In this document: positions 45,159 to 54,827 of the stretch, piece by piece
How positions within the stretch are numbered: position 1 is the stretch's first letter
How the letters are laid out: each line of letters starts with the position of its first letter
DNA from: an uncultured Pirellulaceae bacterium
GTDB lineage: Bacteria > Planctomycetota > Planctomycetia > Pirellulales > Pirellulaceae
DNA length: 64,000 bases
NCBI GenBank assembly: GCA_964584615.1
Contig: CAZPBE010000030.1
Coordinates: 3,594 to 67,593 of the forward strand
Reading direction: 5' to 3'
Position numbers and translations under genes: made by a program
Notes under the pieces: generated by a model
The model's database searches: none
What the model was told of the DNA's origin: nothing
The model's input: only the letters and a program-made list of their open reading frames with translations

Positions 45159-45653
45159 ATGAAACTCGGGAACCTCATTTTTCAAACTTTCCTGCTTGCT
45201 GCGTTCGCAATGTGGTTTGGAGGATTCGGTTTCTATGTGAGCTTTGTCGTGCCCATCGGAACCGAAGTCCTTGGTTCCTCGTTCGAGCAAGGCTTGATCA
45301 CACGTCGGGCAACCATCCCGCTGAATTACTTTTGCGGAATTGCAGTTGCCGCGATGTTTGTCGAAACGCTGTTAACATGGCGCAATAGTCGTTCGCCGCA
45401 AAAGCAAATTCAGTTCGGATTGGTTTTGATCATTCTGATCATGTTGGCGGCCGAGATTTGGCTGCACCCTCAAATTGATGCGTTCGTCGATCTCGACACG
45501 CACGAAATCGCCGGTGACTACGACCAATTCTACTTCATGCACCGACTCTACTTGTGGGTCAGCACCGTTCAGTGGATTGCAGGTTGGGGCTGGCTGTTTT
45601 GCTACGTTGTTGGAAAACGAGATCACCGCACTGAAAGATCGATAGCTCATTGA
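45159..45653 (+). CDS. Small integral membrane protein, function unknown
   Basis: 164 aa with about four hydrophobic helices (MKLGNLIFQTFLLAAFAMWFGGFGFYVSFVVP...). No family is recognised with confidence. Confidence 0.55.
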   Translation: MKLGNLIFQTFLLAAFAMWFGGFGFYVSFVVPIGTEVLGSSFEQGLITRRATIPLNYFCGIAVAAMFVETLLTWRNSRSPQKQIQFGLVLIILIMLAAEIWLHPQIDAFVDLDTHEIAGDYDQFYFMHRLYLWVSTVQWIAGWGWLFCYVVGKRDHRTERSIAH

Positions 45654-45819
45654 GATAGAGCGCGAGTTTCAACCGTCTCTACGTAAATTCGACCCTGTCA
45701 GACCTCGATGCGCGTCCACGGTTAGCGAAACCGGCGTTAAATTGACATGAGGCCGTCCACTCAACTACCATAAAAGCCAAGTCCTACTTCTTCAGTCCAC
45801 ATCATTGTTCGAGGCTTAC

Positions 45820-47109
45820 ATGAGTATCAATAAGTCAATCAAGTCGGCGTCCAAATCTGAATATCCGAGTCAGCTTTGCGTAGAGCATCTTGAGCCACGA
45901 ATGATGCTGTCTTCTGTTTCCATCGAAGCCGCTGGCGAAACGGGCGAGGAAAACATTCGCATCACCGTCGACGAAGAAGTTGTCGTGGACCAAGTTGTTT
46001 CGCAGACCGGATCAACTTTCAATTTTGATGTCGCAGACTCGATTAGTGTTTCAGACATTCGTATCGAGTTTACGAATGACCTTTACCAGCCCGATCAGGG
46101 TATCGATCGCAATCTGATCATCAACTCCTATTCTTTCGATGGTGTCGAAAATGATCTGTTTGGATCAAACGCGTTTTCGACTGGAACATGGCGACCGGAA
46201 GATGGAATCAATGACGGATTTGGGCGTGGCAACATTTTGCACTCCTTCGGATACATTCAGGTTGATGAATCGAATCCGGAATCTCAGTTTGTAGAGTTCA
46301 ATGGCAATACTTGGAACGTGAGTCGAGATTTTTCCAGCGACCAAATCTCGTTGGACACACAATACAACGAGCTTGTCATCAGTGGAGCTGATCGAGAAAT
46401 CGCAATCTCGCGGCAAATCGATTTCGATCCAGGCGTATTGTCCGAGCTGACCGTTGACGCATGGCGAAACGTTGTCGCTGGCGGTTTTGCCAATAACGGA
46501 GCCTCCAACGCTGGAGCCGGTGTCGACTTTTTCAATGAGTCCGGTGATTTGATTCGGCAGGTGTCGTTTCAGCTAAACAACAATGCGACCGATCCCTCCG
46601 ATCGAGTTCAAGCAAGAAGGTTTTTCTCGCCAGACAATGCGACCTCAGCATACCTTTGGGTTTGGGCCGGTAACGAAGAAGCTCCGAACGATATTCCGAT
46701 TCGACTAACGGACCTTCGATTGGAAACGGTCGATACTTCTGTCGATAACGAAGCACCAACCGCGACTCTCGAATCGGGCGTCATCGGCGAATTTCGAGGC
46801 GAAGCATTCATCCCTGTCACCATTGCCGACAACTTACAGTTCAGCAGCTTTGGCGACCTTTCAAATAACATCGAATTGAGGGTCGTTGGACCGGACGGAG
46901 TTGAACAAATCTCAAGGACCGCGTCGTTTTCCGCTATCGCTCCCGCTGAGCTATTTTTCTCGTTCAGAATCCGTCGTCCCGGCGGCGGTGATTTCACGTC
47001 GGCTGACAATGGAATCTATGAGGTCTTTCTTGTCGAAGGCACGTTGTTCGATGCGGCAGGAAATGTGGCCCCGGGCGGTTCACTGGGGACGGTTGAGTTA
47101 ATCGTATAG
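45820..47109 (+). CDS. Secreted protein with one CBM60-like module and an unassigned C-terminal region; N-terminal paralog of ORF 12499-14667
   Basis: ATG 45820 is preceded by GAGG; the track start is TTG 45805. The N-terminus LCVEHLEPRMMLSSVSIEAAGETGEE and the module IRIEFTNDLYQPDQGIDRNLII...STGTWRPEDGINDGFGRGNILHSFGY align to the first module of the 722-aa protein. Confidence 0.7.
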   Translation: MSINKSIKSASKSEYPSQLCVEHLEPRMMLSSVSIEAAGETGEENIRITVDEEVVVDQVVSQTGSTFNFDVADSISVSDIRIEFTNDLYQPDQGIDRNLIINSYSFDGVENDLFGSNAFSTGTWRPEDGINDGFGRGNILHSFGYIQVDESNPESQFVEFNGNTWNVSRDFSSDQISLDTQYNELVISGADREIAISRQIDFDPGVLSELTVDAWRNVVAGGFANNGASNAGAGVDFFNESGDLIRQVSFQLNNNATDPSDRVQARRFFSPDNATSAYLWVWAGNEEAPNDIPIRLTDLRLETVDTSVDNEAPTATLESGVIGEFRGEAFIPVTIADNLQFSSFGDLSNNIELRVVGPDGVEQISRTASFSAIAPAELFFSFRIRRPGGGDFTSADNGIYEVFLVEGTLFDAAGNVAPGGSLGTVELIV

Positions 47110-47168
47110 TGCTAATCCGCCGCTTCTTTGAGTTCGCTCTGACGACGCTGATAGTCGTGTTCAGCAGG

Positions 47169-48635
47169 TTAAGAAACAATTCCTGTCATCAATTTCTCCG
47201 GCAGCGCCAACGTTTTTGATTCCAGCGACGCGACGGGGAACGAACAATAATCAGCAGCGTAAAAAGCTGCCGGTCGATTGTTGCCGCTCATGCCACAACC
47301 TCCAAACGGCAGCTTGCCCGATGCACCTGTCGTCTGGCGATTCCAATTGACGATCCCGGCGCGGATTTGATGAATGAACTGGCGATAGCAATCTTCATCT
47401 TCGCTCAACAAGCCGGCTGACAATCCATATTCTGTTCGATTGGCTTCGGCGATCGCTTCGTCGAAACTCGAAACGCGAATGACACTCAGCATCGGACCGA
47501 ACAACTCTTCATCTTTTCTGTCGGCAATGTTGGTCACGTCGATCAAGCCGGGAGAAATCAACGCGTCGCATTCTCGATGGGATTCCATTTTGACAATTGG
47601 AACTCCGCCGCGGCCAATCAAAGCGTCCTGTGATTCAAGCACATGTCGTCCCATGGCTTGCGAGATCACGGTTCCCAGGAACGGTTGCGGGTCGTCGTTA
47701 TAGAACCCAAAGGAAGTCCGAGCCATCGTTCCCGTCAACTCGGTAAGGAAATCCTCGGTCGTTTCGTTTTCGACCAAAATCAAACGACGTGCACAGGTAC
47801 AACGTTGGCCAGCGGTGATGAAGGCGGAGAGGACTGTTTCGTAAGCTGCCGCTTTGAGATTCTTCGCGCGGTGAACGACAAGCGGATTGTTGCCGCCCAT
47901 TTCGAGGGCCAAAATTTTGTTCGGTTGACTGGCAAGGGCTTCGTTAAGTGCTCGACCGGCGTTGCTGGACCCGGTGAAAAACAATCCGTCCAGCTCCTTG
48001 TTGGCCGAGATCGATTGACCGACTTCACGCCCGCCTTGGACGAGGTTGATCACGCCCGCTGGAAGTCCAGCTTGCTCCCATTTTTCAACCATCCATGCGC
48101 CAACCGCTGGAGCTTGTTCGCTCGGTTTGAACACGATCGTGTTGCCAGCGATAAGTGCTGGGACGATGTGGCCGTTAGGCAAGTGAGCCGGGAAATTGAA
48201 CGGGCCGAACACCGCGACGACTCCATGCGGTTTGAATCGGGTGACCGCTTGCAAGCCGTTAAACTCGAACGAAGTCGTGTCGCGGCGAGATCGGAAAGCT
48301 TCGATCGATACGCCCACTTTTCCTGCCACGGCACCAGCTTCTGTTTTGGCTTCCCATAGAACCTTGCCCGTTTCCATCGCAATGATTTCAGCCAACTCGT
48401 CGCTGGACGCTTTAACGAGTTCGGCAAACTTTTCGATAATCGCCAACCTGTTTTCAACTGACTGATCCCACCAAAGGCCAAACGCATTCCGCGCCGCGGC
48501 AAACGCGTTGTTTATCTGTTCGGAGTCAGCTTGATTGCCGCTCCAGATGACACGGTTATCGACCGGGCAAATTGATTCCAGTTGTGGGCCGTTTCCAGGT
48601 TGCCATTGGGCGCCGATACGTAGTTCAGTTTTCAT
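47169..48635 (-). CDS. astD: N-succinylglutamate 5-semialdehyde dehydrogenase
   Basis: 488 aa, collinear with E. coli AstD throughout. Shared segments include HGVVAVFGPFNFPAHLPNGHIVPALIAGNTIVFKPSE, LALEMGGNNP, AGQRCTCARR, AGIVNWN and FGGCGMSGNNRPAAFYAADYC. Confidence 0.9.
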   Translation of the reverse strand: MKTELRIGAQWQPGNGPQLESICPVDNRVIWSGNQADSEQINNAFAAARNAFGLWWDQSVENRLAIIEKFAELVKASSDELAEIIAMETGKVLWEAKTEAGAVAGKVGVSIEAFRSRRDTTSFEFNGLQAVTRFKPHGVVAVFGPFNFPAHLPNGHIVPALIAGNTIVFKPSEQAPAVGAWMVEKWEQAGLPAGVINLVQGGREVGQSISANKELDGLFFTGSSNAGRALNEALASQPNKILALEMGGNNPLVVHRAKNLKAAAYETVLSAFITAGQRCTCARRLILVENETTEDFLTELTGTMARTSFGFYNDDPQPFLGTVISQAMGRHVLESQDALIGRGGVPIVKMESHRECDALISPGLIDVTNIADRKDEELFGPMLSVIRVSSFDEAIAEANRTEYGLSAGLLSEDEDCYRQFIHQIRAGIVNWNRQTTGASGKLPFGGCGMSGNNRPAAFYAADYCSFPVASLESKTLALPEKLMTGIVS

Positions 48636-48711
48636 GGAAATGTATTCAGAAAAAAGTGTTCAAAGATGTTTGAGTTTTTGGACAGTGAATCCACGTTTTC
48701 AAATTCGAAAA

Positions 48712-49761
48712 TCAGATCGCTGGTTGTTGCGACGATTCGTGTCGGTTTGGTTTTAGTCTCACGGCGCGAATTGGATCGCCAAGTTTTAGTTCGAGCATCG
48801 ATGCCGTCGGTTTTTCAATGGTCGCTCCATTGTTGTTCCAGACGACTTTGCCCAGACAAGCTCGGTAATCCAGGCTCGAATTGGAAAGCAGTTTTTCTGG
48901 AGCCGTTTCCAGATTTTCGACAATGGCACCCACATTTCCAGATTGGCTTTTGCGAACGGCGCGAATTTCCGAAAGCGAGCAAGCTACCGTCGGGCCTCCG
49001 TCAAAGATGTCGACAAGCCCGTTTCGTTTGAAACCTTCTTTTTCGAGCATCGCCAGCGCGGGCTCTGTGTTTTGATGAACTTTTCCGATCGCTTCTCGAG
49101 CGTCTTGGGGCAATAGTGGAATATAAATCGGATGGGTTGGCATCAAGTCGGCAATCAGTTTTTTTGACTGGCTCGTCAGCGTTTCTGCTTTCGGGAAATC
49201 CATTTGAAAAAAGTAAGAACCTAGTGCCGCCCAGAGAGGGGATCTGCCATTCTCATCAACAACGCCGCGCATCTCGGCAATGATTTCGTTTTCAAATCGA
49301 TCGGGGAAATCAGCCAGAAACAGGAACCTCGCCAAACTCAGCAGCCGGCCATGCCCCCCTCCCCAGTATTCCGGTGAAAGAAACAAGCTACCGATTTCCG
49401 TTGGCCCATCATGTTCTTCCAGCAAATGCAAAACGTCGATTTCTTTTTCCACGCCCAACTCTTCCGAGCGATGAATCGACTTTTTGATTTCGTAAGAATA
49501 GAACGGTTCGAATCCGCCAACTTTGGAGTAGATTGAACTGGTCCCAACAATCTCGCCATTGTCCAAGTCTTCCATTACGAAAACGTAAGGCAATCCGTTT
49601 GGCTTGGCCGCTTTTTGTCGAAACGCAAACTGGGCTCGCTCGATTCGTGACTCAAGTTCCGATTTGGAAATTTTCAGCGTCGTCAGGCCAAACTCCGACT
49701 TTTGGACCAAATTGAAAAGTGAATCCAAATCGTTTTCGCAAACGCTTCGAACAATCAACAT
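48712..49761 (-). CDS. astA: Arginine/ornithine N-succinyltransferase
   Basis: From ATG 49759-49761: MLIVRSVCENDLDSLFNLV...AEMRGVVDENGRSPLW...LMPTHPIYIPLL...DIFDGGPTVAC. This is collinear with E. coli AstA. Confidence 0.9.
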   Translation of the reverse strand: MLIVRSVCENDLDSLFNLVQKSEFGLTTLKISKSELESRIERAQFAFRQKAAKPNGLPYVFVMEDLDNGEIVGTSSIYSKVGGFEPFYSYEIKKSIHRSEELGVEKEIDVLHLLEEHDGPTEIGSLFLSPEYWGGGHGRLLSLARFLFLADFPDRFENEIIAEMRGVVDENGRSPLWAALGSYFFQMDFPKAETLTSQSKKLIADLMPTHPIYIPLLPQDAREAIGKVHQNTEPALAMLEKEGFKRNGLVDIFDGGPTVACSLSEIRAVRKSQSGNVGAIVENLETAPEKLLSNSSLDYRACLGKVVWNNNGATIEKPTASMLELKLGDPIRAVRLKPNRHESSQQPAI

Positions 49762-49823
49762 GTTTTCACTTTCCGGATTGAGCCACAACGATTAATGCCG
49801 AAGCAACCAATTTATAAATCGAT

Positions 49824-51257
49824 TTAGGCAAACAGTTTCGTGAATTTGGGGTCGGCTTTCAACTCGCCCATCACTTTGTCCAGGACGGAACAGGCAAGAT
49901 CGATATGGTCGTTCGTGACACAACCCAGAGGCATCAAAAAACGAATTCGACTTGGCGCCCCGCCGGCCATAAAGCACATCAGCCCGGCGCGGAACAAACG
50001 ATTGACAAACTCGGTCGTTGGTTCGGGTGAGCCGTCCAGCAAGGTGAAGGCAACCATACCGCCGATGCCATGAGGTCCGGAAATCGCGCCGGGATATTTT
50101 TCGGCGACCTTTTTAAGTCCAGCCACGAAATGGTCATGCAGTTGTTGGTTCTTGCCGTTGGGGCCAAAGTTTCCGTTTTCAATCAAGCCACCGACAATCG
50201 CTTTGGCAGAGTTGATTGCCATCGTACTTCCAGTGAATGTTTGGCTGATCAGGCCGGGTTTGAATTTGTACTCGTCGGTAAACAAGGTGGCACAGACTTG
50301 CGAGATTTTTCCAATGGTCACAATGTCGATGTCTTGATCAAGTTCGAAATGTTGAAACGCGTAAGGACGCGTCGTTCGACAGAAAGATTGGACTTCGTCA
50401 GCAATTGCACAGACGTTGTGTTTGTGAGCAACTTCGATCAACGCCTTAAAGAAATCTCGGTCACCAGGATAGTAACCGCCTTCGCCTTGAACCAGTTCCA
50501 TCCAGAGTGCAGCGTACTGTCCTGGGCGTCGCTCCAGCAACTCAGTCAATTGATCGACTGCCAATTTTGTGCTGCCGGCGGGGTCCTTGGCATCGAAAAA
50601 CGGGATGTAATCCACCGCGATCGTATCAGGTAGACCGACGCGATATTTTGCTTTGTCGGTGACCTGGGCCAAAGCCAATGTGCGTCCGGCGAAGCAATGA
50701 GAGAACGAGATGACACGGCTGGCCGGATGGTTTTTCTGAAACGCCATCTTCAGTGAGTTTTCATTGGCCATCGCGCCGCTGGTTGAAAGGTAGCAGTGCA
50801 CGAGTTTCGCGCCGCTTTCACAAGCCGTATCAGACAACAGTTTGACCAGCTCATAACTCTCTGAGTTCTGCTGCAGATTACCTTGCATCACCGTATCGGA
50901 GACGGCAGTATCGATCGCAGTCTCGACCAACAGCGGATGGCTATGGCCGTAACCATGCACACCGATGCCCGTGATGAAGTCCAGTTTCACACTTCCGTCG
51001 CCAAGTTCTACGAACGGTCCGTTGCCCAATCCGCTGGCCAGATACGGGAAGTAAAGTTTGCCACCACGATACTGACCAAACTCGTCAATGGCTTGTTGAT
51101 AACTCTTTTCCAACTCTGCTTGCGGTGGTTTGATTTCGTTCAGCGTCGATTGATGCTCTGCCACCGCGTCGAGAATCAGTTTCTTGGCTTCTGCGAGCCG
51201 TGGGTCATTCTTGAGTCGGGAAGAGGCGAGCAATTTGTCTTTTGTGGCTGTGGTCAT
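49824..51257 (-). CDS. Class-III PLP aminotransferase, atypically long (477 aa); candidate succinylornithine transaminase
   Basis: Has GIGVHGYGHSHP, TSGAMANENSLK, ELVQGEGG, ADEVQS and the PLP-Lys context TIGKISQV. A ~60-aa N-terminal extension is present relative to E. coli AstC. The functional call rests on context only. Confidence 0.7.
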   Translation of the reverse strand: MTTATKDKLLASSRLKNDPRLAEAKKLILDAVAEHQSTLNEIKPPQAELEKSYQQAIDEFGQYRGGKLYFPYLASGLGNGPFVELGDGSVKLDFITGIGVHGYGHSHPLLVETAIDTAVSDTVMQGNLQQNSESYELVKLLSDTACESGAKLVHCYLSTSGAMANENSLKMAFQKNHPASRVISFSHCFAGRTLALAQVTDKAKYRVGLPDTIAVDYIPFFDAKDPAGSTKLAVDQLTELLERRPGQYAALWMELVQGEGGYYPGDRDFFKALIEVAHKHNVCAIADEVQSFCRTTRPYAFQHFELDQDIDIVTIGKISQVCATLFTDEYKFKPGLISQTFTGSTMAINSAKAIVGGLIENGNFGPNGKNQQLHDHFVAGLKKVAEKYPGAISGPHGIGGMVAFTLLDGSPEPTTEFVNRLFRAGLMCFMAGGAPSRIRFLMPLGCVTNDHIDLACSVLDKVMGELKADPKFTKLFA

Positions 51258-51431
51258 TGGGTTCTCGAAAGCAATTTGGTTTCGGGTCGATCGGGTTAAT
51301 CACGGATGATTTTCAGCTTTGAAGAAAGTCAGATCAATCTCAGATTAGCCGTTTCGCGAAAGGTTTGCCGTATTCTAGGCTGGATCGGCCAATTGAACAC
51401 CTGCACTCAAGTGAACCCGTAAAATTCCGAG

Positions 51432-51465
51432 TTGAATGATAGTAGGCACTTGAATGATCGTAGGC
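51432..51465. repeat. 18-bp tandem direct repeat upstream of the aminotransferase-astA-astD genes
   Basis: TTGAATGATAGTAGGC (51432-51447) and TTGAATGATCGTAGGC (51450-51465) are 18 bp start-to-start, 175-208 nt upstream of the aminotransferase ATG. Confidence 0.6.
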
Positions 51466-51492
51466 CTTTTCGCATCGACGTTGTTCAGCTGA

Positions 51493-52686
51493 TCACTCGC
51501 ACAGGTTCAATAACGTCAATGCGGCCAGCTTCGTTCGCGGAACCATGCTTTGGGTAACCAGATATTCGTTCGAACTGTGAATGTTCCCGCCACAGGGGCC
51601 AAACGTATCAACATTGGGGAGTCCGGCATCGGCGAACTTGTTTCCGTCGCAAGCGCCGCCCGTTCCTTTCCAGGTGATGTTCTGACCCAAGGCAGCTCCG
51701 CACTGTTCGATCTGCTGTTGAAGTTTCTCACTCGCTTCGTCGATGGGTTTGGGCGGCGAAGTAAATTTCCCAGCCATTTCAACACTGATTCCGTCGATCT
51801 CGTTGTACTTTTCGACAAGGTCGGCCAGCTCAAGCTCAACAGCTGATTGTTGTTCCAAAGACTTTACACGGATGTTGATTCGGCCAACGGCCAGATCGGG
51901 GACCATGTTCAACGGTCCGCCACCACTGATTCGACCTGCATTGAAAGTGACTTCGGGATCGGTGTTAAGTTGATCAATTTCGTCGAGCAATCGCGACAAA
52001 GCCACAATTGCATTTCGGCCTTTTTCAAACTCACGCCCCGTATGGGCAGCTTGGCCACGCACGACAAACGAGAAGTTCCCGGTTCCCTTACGCCAGGAAA
52101 CCATCGTGCCGTCGGGCAGCGTCGGTTCAAACAACATGCCAACATCGCACTGCGTCGCCCGCTGGCGAATGAGAAACTCACTGCCCGGAGAGCCAATTTC
52201 TTCGTCTGGATTCAGGATCACTTCCCAACCAATTTTTCCAGCCAATGGACTTCGTTCAAGCGTTCGCAGCGCATTGAGTAGGACGACAATTCCACCCTTT
52301 GCATCAGACACACCTGGACCGTTGAGCTGCCCTCCTTCGGTCAACTGGCATGTTTGAAACGGATGATCAACCGAGTACACCGTGTCGTAGTGGATGCAAA
52401 GAACCACTTTCTTCGGCGCGTCTGGCCATTTCGTAATGTGGATGATCTGGCCCAACGGTTGAGTCGAAACGTTACCGGAATCTTCGACAACTTTCCATGG
52501 CTGTGTATCGACCAAACTGATCTCACCGTCGAGCTGTTTGAATTCTTTGACCAGTCTCTGTTTGACGTTCTCAAGCCCTTCCAGATTCAACGTGCCCGAA
52601 TTAACGTCACAAAGTTCTTGTACCAAATCAACCATCGGTTGTTGTTGGTCGTCCAGCCACGCGAGATGTGGGATAAGGTTTTCCAT
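51493..52686 (-). CDS. M20-family metallohydrolase (carboxypeptidase G2 / desuccinylase / deacylase-like)
   Basis: 397 aa with the metal-ligand motifs IHYDTV, GVSDAKGG and NPDEEIGS. Confidence 0.8.
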   Translation of the reverse strand: MENLIPHLAWLDDQQQPMVDLVQELCDVNSGTLNLEGLENVKQRLVKEFKQLDGEISLVDTQPWKVVEDSGNVSTQPLGQIIHITKWPDAPKKVVLCIHYDTVYSVDHPFQTCQLTEGGQLNGPGVSDAKGGIVVLLNALRTLERSPLAGKIGWEVILNPDEEIGSPGSEFLIRQRATQCDVGMLFEPTLPDGTMVSWRKGTGNFSFVVRGQAAHTGREFEKGRNAIVALSRLLDEIDQLNTDPEVTFNAGRISGGGPLNMVPDLAVGRINIRVKSLEQQSAVELELADLVEKYNEIDGISVEMAGKFTSPPKPIDEASEKLQQQIEQCGAALGQNITWKGTGGACDGNKFADAGLPNVDTFGPCGGNIHSSNEYLVTQSMVPRTKLAALTLLNLCE

Positions 52687-52773
52687 CTTGAATTTTTGCT
52701 TTGTTCTATTGTTCGAGTGTGAGAGAAAGTTGCATGTGTCGCAATGTCGGTTGAGAGTGACTTAAAGTCTACT

Positions 52774-53814
52774 TCATTTTGTGTCGTTATCGGTTTCGGA
52801 GCGTAACTCAATTTTCCAGATTGTTGATCTGGCTTGTTCGCTTGTCACCAACAGCGTGTCCGCGTCATCAGTAAAACAAATGGCTTCCCCTTGGCTCTGG
52901 ATGGGCAGTGGAAGATTCACTGGCTTTTCATTTTTCACGACGTCCTCCCACGTCTGCTCGCCTTTTCTCTCAAACATGTACGCCATGAAGTACGTGCGCA
53001 CGACCAGTCTCCGGTTGTCTGGCGAGAAAGCCATGCCGGTTACATTTCTAACCGGAAAATCTGCAATGCGTTTGGCTGTCGGTCGCGATTTTTCATCGTC
53101 ATTGGAAAGTTCAGCGGAGAGAATTTTTTCGACAGGCAGAGCATAGATGCCGGGAACCGTTTTGGTTTTGAGGTCGGTATAAACTTTCTCGACGAACCAA
53201 AAGGACTTCGAAAGCTCTTCGTATCCGGTTGCTTCACAGTTCAACGGCTTGCCTTCAAAAGTAAAATCGATGATGCGGGGAATCGCTTTCGACTTCTTGT
53301 TGCGAGCTACTGCGGGCTCCTCGATGCAGAGAATTTGATACGACTTGCGATTGAATGAGTTGTCACCGACGTCCGCGATGGCCAGCATGTTTTTTTCGTT
53401 CCAGCGAAATCCGCACATCGCTTCCCAGTCTCGATTTCGACACTCTTCCAATTCAACTTCACCGATCGATTTGCCATTGGGCTGAATCAGGTACAGTTTT
53501 GGTTCGTGGCCTGAATCGTTGATCGTCCAGAAAGCCCCTGGGTGGCGGGCGATTTTTGCATAGGCCAATCCGCTGCTTTCATTGATCTCATCGTTTTTGA
53601 GAGTTCCGGATGCAGAAAGTTTCGGCTCAAGGTCGATTAGTGGTGTCGTCTGATTTCCGACTGGGTTTTCTTGTCCCAGGCAAACTGGATGGGGCAAAAA
53701 GGAGAGGCCGAGAAGGACAGTCACCAGCATGGTAAACGGCGAAGCAAGACACTGAGTGGTGAGACAAGCGGGAATTGATGGATATGGCTTCGGCATGTTG
53801 GTCCATTTGTTCAA
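52774..53814 (-). CDS. Secreted hypothetical protein, possibly a beta-propeller (SdiA-regulated/YjiK-like)
   Basis: 346 aa with an N-terminal hydrophobic signal. INESSGLAY...WTINDSGHEPKLYLI...DWEAM recalls YjiK-type propellers. The assignment is weak. Confidence 0.5.
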   Translation of the reverse strand: MNKWTNMPKPYPSIPACLTTQCLASPFTMLVTVLLGLSFLPHPVCLGQENPVGNQTTPLIDLEPKLSASGTLKNDEINESSGLAYAKIARHPGAFWTINDSGHEPKLYLIQPNGKSIGEVELEECRNRDWEAMCGFRWNEKNMLAIADVGDNSFNRKSYQILCIEEPAVARNKKSKAIPRIIDFTFEGKPLNCEATGYEELSKSFWFVEKVYTDLKTKTVPGIYALPVEKILSAELSNDDEKSRPTAKRIADFPVRNVTGMAFSPDNRRLVVRTYFMAYMFERKGEQTWEDVVKNEKPVNLPLPIQSQGEAICFTDDADTLLVTSEQARSTIWKIELRSETDNDTK

Positions 53815-53911
53815 TTGATTTGCTACCCATTATCCACTAAAATCTCGGTCTTGGGAAATCCAACAAAATTTAGAAACAGACAATTAACTTTAATATTTGA
53901 GTAGAAACGAT

Positions 53912-54097
53912 ATGGGCTCCAGCGAACGGCAGCGTGAATTGCGCCGAAGACGTAAACGAAAAATTGCGGTCACCAAGATCAAGGCACGCGCCAAAAAAGC
54001 ATCGGCTTCGGAAAAGCAAGTTCTTGCTGACAAGCTCCGCAGCATGACTCCGGGTGCCAAAGTTTTGATCGAAGCTTTGAAGCTGGAGAAGAAGTAG
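53912..54097 (+). CDS. Small highly basic protein (61 aa), function unknown
   Basis: MGSSERQRELRRRRKRKIAVTKIKARAKKASASEKQVLADKLRSMTPGAKVLIEALKLEKK. A terminator hairpin follows. Confidence 0.5.
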   Translation: MGSSERQRELRRRRKRKIAVTKIKARAKKASASEKQVLADKLRSMTPGAKVLIEALKLEKK

Positions 54098-54156
54098 GCT
54101 TCCTGTGAGTGATCGCGGCCAAGCACTTGCTTCGCGAACAACTTAATAGACAATAA

Positions 54157-54187
54157 ACCGCTGGCTGTTCGAGCCAAGCGGTTTTTT
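54157..54187 (+). terminator. Rho-independent terminator after the small basic protein gene
   Basis: ACCGCTGGC...GCCAAGCGGT (one bulge) followed by TTTTTT. Confidence 0.7.
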
Positions 54188-54269
54188 CATTTTGTTGACT
54201 ATTGGTTTTCGACCAAGTAAAAGTTAATGTGCTAGAGGCCATTGATTGAGTGACGCAGGAGGAGTGGGT

Positions 54270-54554
54270 ATGAGCTACGAAAATTCTAGCGATTCAAATT
54301 CGCAGTCAGGTGGTGACTCAATGGACAAATCGAACGCATCTGCAGAATCGGGAACCGGTACTTCCAATTCATCGAAAGAAGTTCAGCTTCATCCTTGCGC
54401 GTTCTGTGGCAACAAGTTCGACCGGGAAACGACTCCGTGTATGCCGTTCTGCAGTATCCGTTGCCAACAAATTGATCTCGGCAATTGGCTCAATGAAGCT
54501 TACACGATGCCAACCGATGGGTCGGAAGATGGCGAGTGGGATCAGAGCGAGTAA
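54270..54554 (+). CDS. yacG: DNA gyrase inhibitor YacG (zinc finger) with an S/G/D-rich N-terminal extension
   Basis: CAFCGNKFDRETTPCMPFCSIRCQQIDLGNWLNE matches the YacG C-x2-C...PFCS-x-RC-x2-IDLG-x-W signature. Confidence 0.8.
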   Translation: MSYENSSDSNSQSGGDSMDKSNASAESGTGTSNSSKEVQLHPCAFCGNKFDRETTPCMPFCSIRCQQIDLGNWLNEAYTMPTDGSEDGEWDQSE

Positions 54555-54827
54555 TTCGTATGTTGCCTTTGACGGCAAATGTCAGTCGTTCCCCTATCGA
54601 TCCGGTCGTCTGCCAGTCGAATTCAACAGTAATCGCCTTTTCAACCGGCCACCGTCGTTGGAGTGCAGATTTAATTAATCCTGTTAACTCTCGGATTTTC
54701 TATCTTCCCTTGGTTTGCAGCGATGACCGCGGTTTTATAATGAGCAGCCGACCTGGAACGCAAAATCGACTCGATCAGAATTGCAAGCCAGCTAATTGTC
54801 CTCGACCTTGAGATAAAGCCACAAAAC

